IMG/VR virus record: IMGVR_UViG_3300020248_000008
Span: 1 to 24,721 of that record
Direction: 5' to 3' (one strand)
DNA length: 24,721 nt
Source of the DNA: a virus
Taxonomy: Duplodnaviria; Caudoviricetes
The notes beneath the pieces are model-generated. The model ran no database searches, was not told where the DNA came from, and worked only from the letters and a program-made list of their open reading frames with translations. Shown here in pieces: positions 22,853-24,721 of this stretch (positions within the stretch are counted from its first letter, which is position 1; each line of letters opens with the position of its first letter). The position numbers were made by a program, and so were the translations under genes.

Positions 22853-24720
22853 ACAAAAAGGTCTTCTAAAGTAGCGATTTTTTCTGCCTTCCAGTTGATA
22901 GTATCCATAATAACTTGTAAAGGATCAAGAAAACTCTTCTGGAATTGTAGATCAAAATCTATGTATTTGTCAAGTCCAAACTCTTTAGGTAATGTTTGGA
23001 AGAATGAAATAACGTTTTCATTAATTTTGTTTGGTCGTCTAAGATAAAGAAACTTTACTTTCTCTCCCTCTTGTATGAGAGGATACTTGTGAGTTATCTT
23101 TGTTTTCTTAGCGTGGAAATTATATAGTAACGCACCACGTACGTGTATGGGAGTTCCCTTACTATAAATTGTAGCAGGATTTGAGAATTTGCCAACCCCA
23201 TTACATCCACGAGGGAATGCAATATCTTCTGGTGGCATAGTTTCAAATTTCTTTCTGAAGTTTCCTACAAATTCTTGTACATCAGATTCTGTACCATTCA
23301 TAATAACTTTCAGTGCATCTTTAATTGCTGTCCTACAAGCAGCAGGTGTAGATGATTTAACTGCTTCAATACCCATCATCTTTAGTTTAGGTTCAGCGTA
23401 TTGAACACCCTCACTATTCCATACATTGAGGATGTATCTTTTCTTAGCAGTCCAGATGCCTTTGTTAGCGATGTTCTCTCGCTTCATAAACATCTTTTGA
23501 TCATATGCGTTTACAGTGGTTGCCAACGCTTCATAAGAATTCTGAATATACTTTTCAAATTCCACATCACACACCTTCTCAAGGAACCTAAGAACGCTTT
23601 GATCGCTTTTCTCTCTGCCCTTGAATACAGTTTCAACCAGAGAACCCAGATTAAGATAAATGGAATCGGTATCAGAAGCAATAACATAATCAACCTCCTT
23701 TGTTTTTAAAATTTTGTTTATGTAAGAGTTCATTTTGTTTTCTATCCAACGGATAGATAACTGTCCAGACAATGTAATTGCTTCAGCATTAGCGATGTTG
23801 AAGTATCGGAAGTATTGATTTCCGATAGCACCATAAGCACTATTAAGTTGAATCTTACGTGCCATCTGGATATTATTAAAAGCAGATATGTCTGCTTGTA
23901 ATTCTTTATCACCTGTCTTTTCATATTCAGACTTGGCAATAAGCATTTTCTTTTTATAGATCGTACGTTCATCGTAGATCTTTTGCATCATCTCAGGTAA
24001 GAAACCTTGAATGTCTTTTCTATATTGTGCACCATTAGCAGCAACACAATAGTCACTATCAATATCAATCTCACCATTTAAGATTTTGTCCACAGAGATA
24101 CTTGGGTATCTAGTGGGAACCAAAGTCTCTGGTGAAATGTTATATTCCATAATGAGATGAGGGTACAGAGAGTTAAGGTCGAAACTAACCACCCAATCAT
24201 ATAACCCAGGTATAGGTTCCTTAACGTACGCACCTGCGTATTTGTCATCTTTCTTACTTTCTTGACGAGGTGGAACACAGATCTTTCTCTCCTTTAGATA
24301 GTTGTATATAAGTGTATCCCACATACGAACCTGAGAATACACATCTTCAAAGTTTACCTTGGCATCATATGCCATAGTAATTGCTAGTTCGAGAAGTTTC
24401 ATTTTCTTCTCTAGTCTGTCAACTAGATCAACGTCTTTAATGTTGTACTCTACAAACTTCTGCCAATGTTCTGTATAGAAGTCTTTAAAGTTTTCAAACT
24501 CACTATGATCTAGTTTACCTTCACCAAGTTCTACTGTAGCAATGTGCTCTAGACGATATGACTCTTGATTAGTATATGTAAACTTTCTATAAAGATCAAG
24601 ATAGTCTAAGATGCTGACACCTAGTATATCGTAAGCAAGATTCCTACGTCCTTGAATGTAGACCTCTCTCATATTTACTTTATTCCAAGGTGATAATGAC
24701 TTCTGCCATTTCTCTCCTAG
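22849..24720 (-). CDS. T4 gp43 family B DNA polymerase (5' end outside the window)
   Basis: YNIKDV (ExoIII), [28 protein letters not shown]; the frame stays open past the track start (24672) to the window edge. Confidence 0.98.
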   Translation of the reverse strand, partial: LGEKWQKSLSPWNKVNMREVYIQGRRNLAYDILGVSILDYLDLYRKFTYTNQESYRLEHIATVELGEGKLDHSEFENFKDFYTEHWQKFVEYNIKDVDLVDRLEKKMKLLELAITMAYDAKVNFEDVYSQVRMWDTLIYNYLKERKICVPPRQESKKDDKYAGAYVKEPIPGLYDWVVSFDLNSLYPHLIMEYNISPETLVPTRYPSISVDKILNGEIDIDSDYCVAANGAQYRKDIQGFLPEMMQKIYDERTIYKKKMLIAKSEYEKTGDKELQADISAFNNIQMARKIQLNSAYGAIGNQYFRYFNIANAEAITLSGQLSIRWIENKMNSYINKILKTKEVDYVIASDTDSIYLNLGSLVETVFKGREKSDQSVLRFLEKVCDVEFEKYIQNSYEALATTVNAYDQKMFMKRENIANKGIWTAKKRYILNVWNSEGVQYAEPKLKMMGIEAVKSSTPAACRTAIKDALKVIMNGTESDVQEFVGNFRKKFETMPPEDIAFPRGCNGVGKFSNPATIYSKGTPIHVRGALLYNFHAKKTKITHKYPLIQEGEKVKFLYLRRPNKINENVISFFQTLPKEFGLDKYIDFDLQFQKSFLDPLQVIMDTINWKAEKIATLEDLFV

Positions 24721-24721
24721 T

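Noticed and set aside
361-23709. All plus-strand ORFs in the track (e.g. 361..603, 3739..4053, 8522..8956, 20937..21317)
   Set aside because: They are antisense shadows of well-supported minus-strand genes or regulatory DNA and carry no recognisable motifs.
6195-24278. Short same-strand out-of-frame ORFs nested in nrdAB, primase, the cytidylyltransferase, helicase, uvsX and gp43
   Set aside because: They are expected by-products of codon bias, with no RBS or motif support.
1-24721. tRNA genes or CRISPR arrays
   Set aside because: No cloverleaf or regularly spaced repeat was seen in the few intergenic gaps; tRNAscan-SE would confirm.

Overview
Segment of a low-GC T4-like cyanomyovirus genome, most likely a Prochlorococcus-infecting phage (inferred from gene content). 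Every credible gene is on the minus strand. In transcription order (right to left): gp43 DNA polymerase (5'-truncated), uvsX, 2OG-Fe(II) oxygenase, gp41 helicase, mazG, a second 2OG oxygenase, a nuclease-like ORF, a ligase-motif core ORF, a cytidylyltransferase-like protein, lysine-rich probable internal head proteins, an Ig-domain virion protein, gp61 primase, nrdA/nrdB, a small regulatory operon, talC, a GIY-YIG endonuclease, four hli genes among many micro-ORFs missing from the ORF track, and the 5' third of psbA behind a structured leader. The standout is 5319-5813. A T4-type late promoter precedes two tandem glutamine-II (Downstream-peptide)-like riboswitch aptamers upstream of a DUF4278-like gene. 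Each aptamer is split by about 180-200 nt that encode a complete ORF, with the start codon in the 5' arm of the P2 stem and the stop codon in the aptamer's 3' half. The two ORFs are paralogs, and the aptamers appear linked by pseudoknot pairings. All family calls come from motif recognition by eye; no searches were run.
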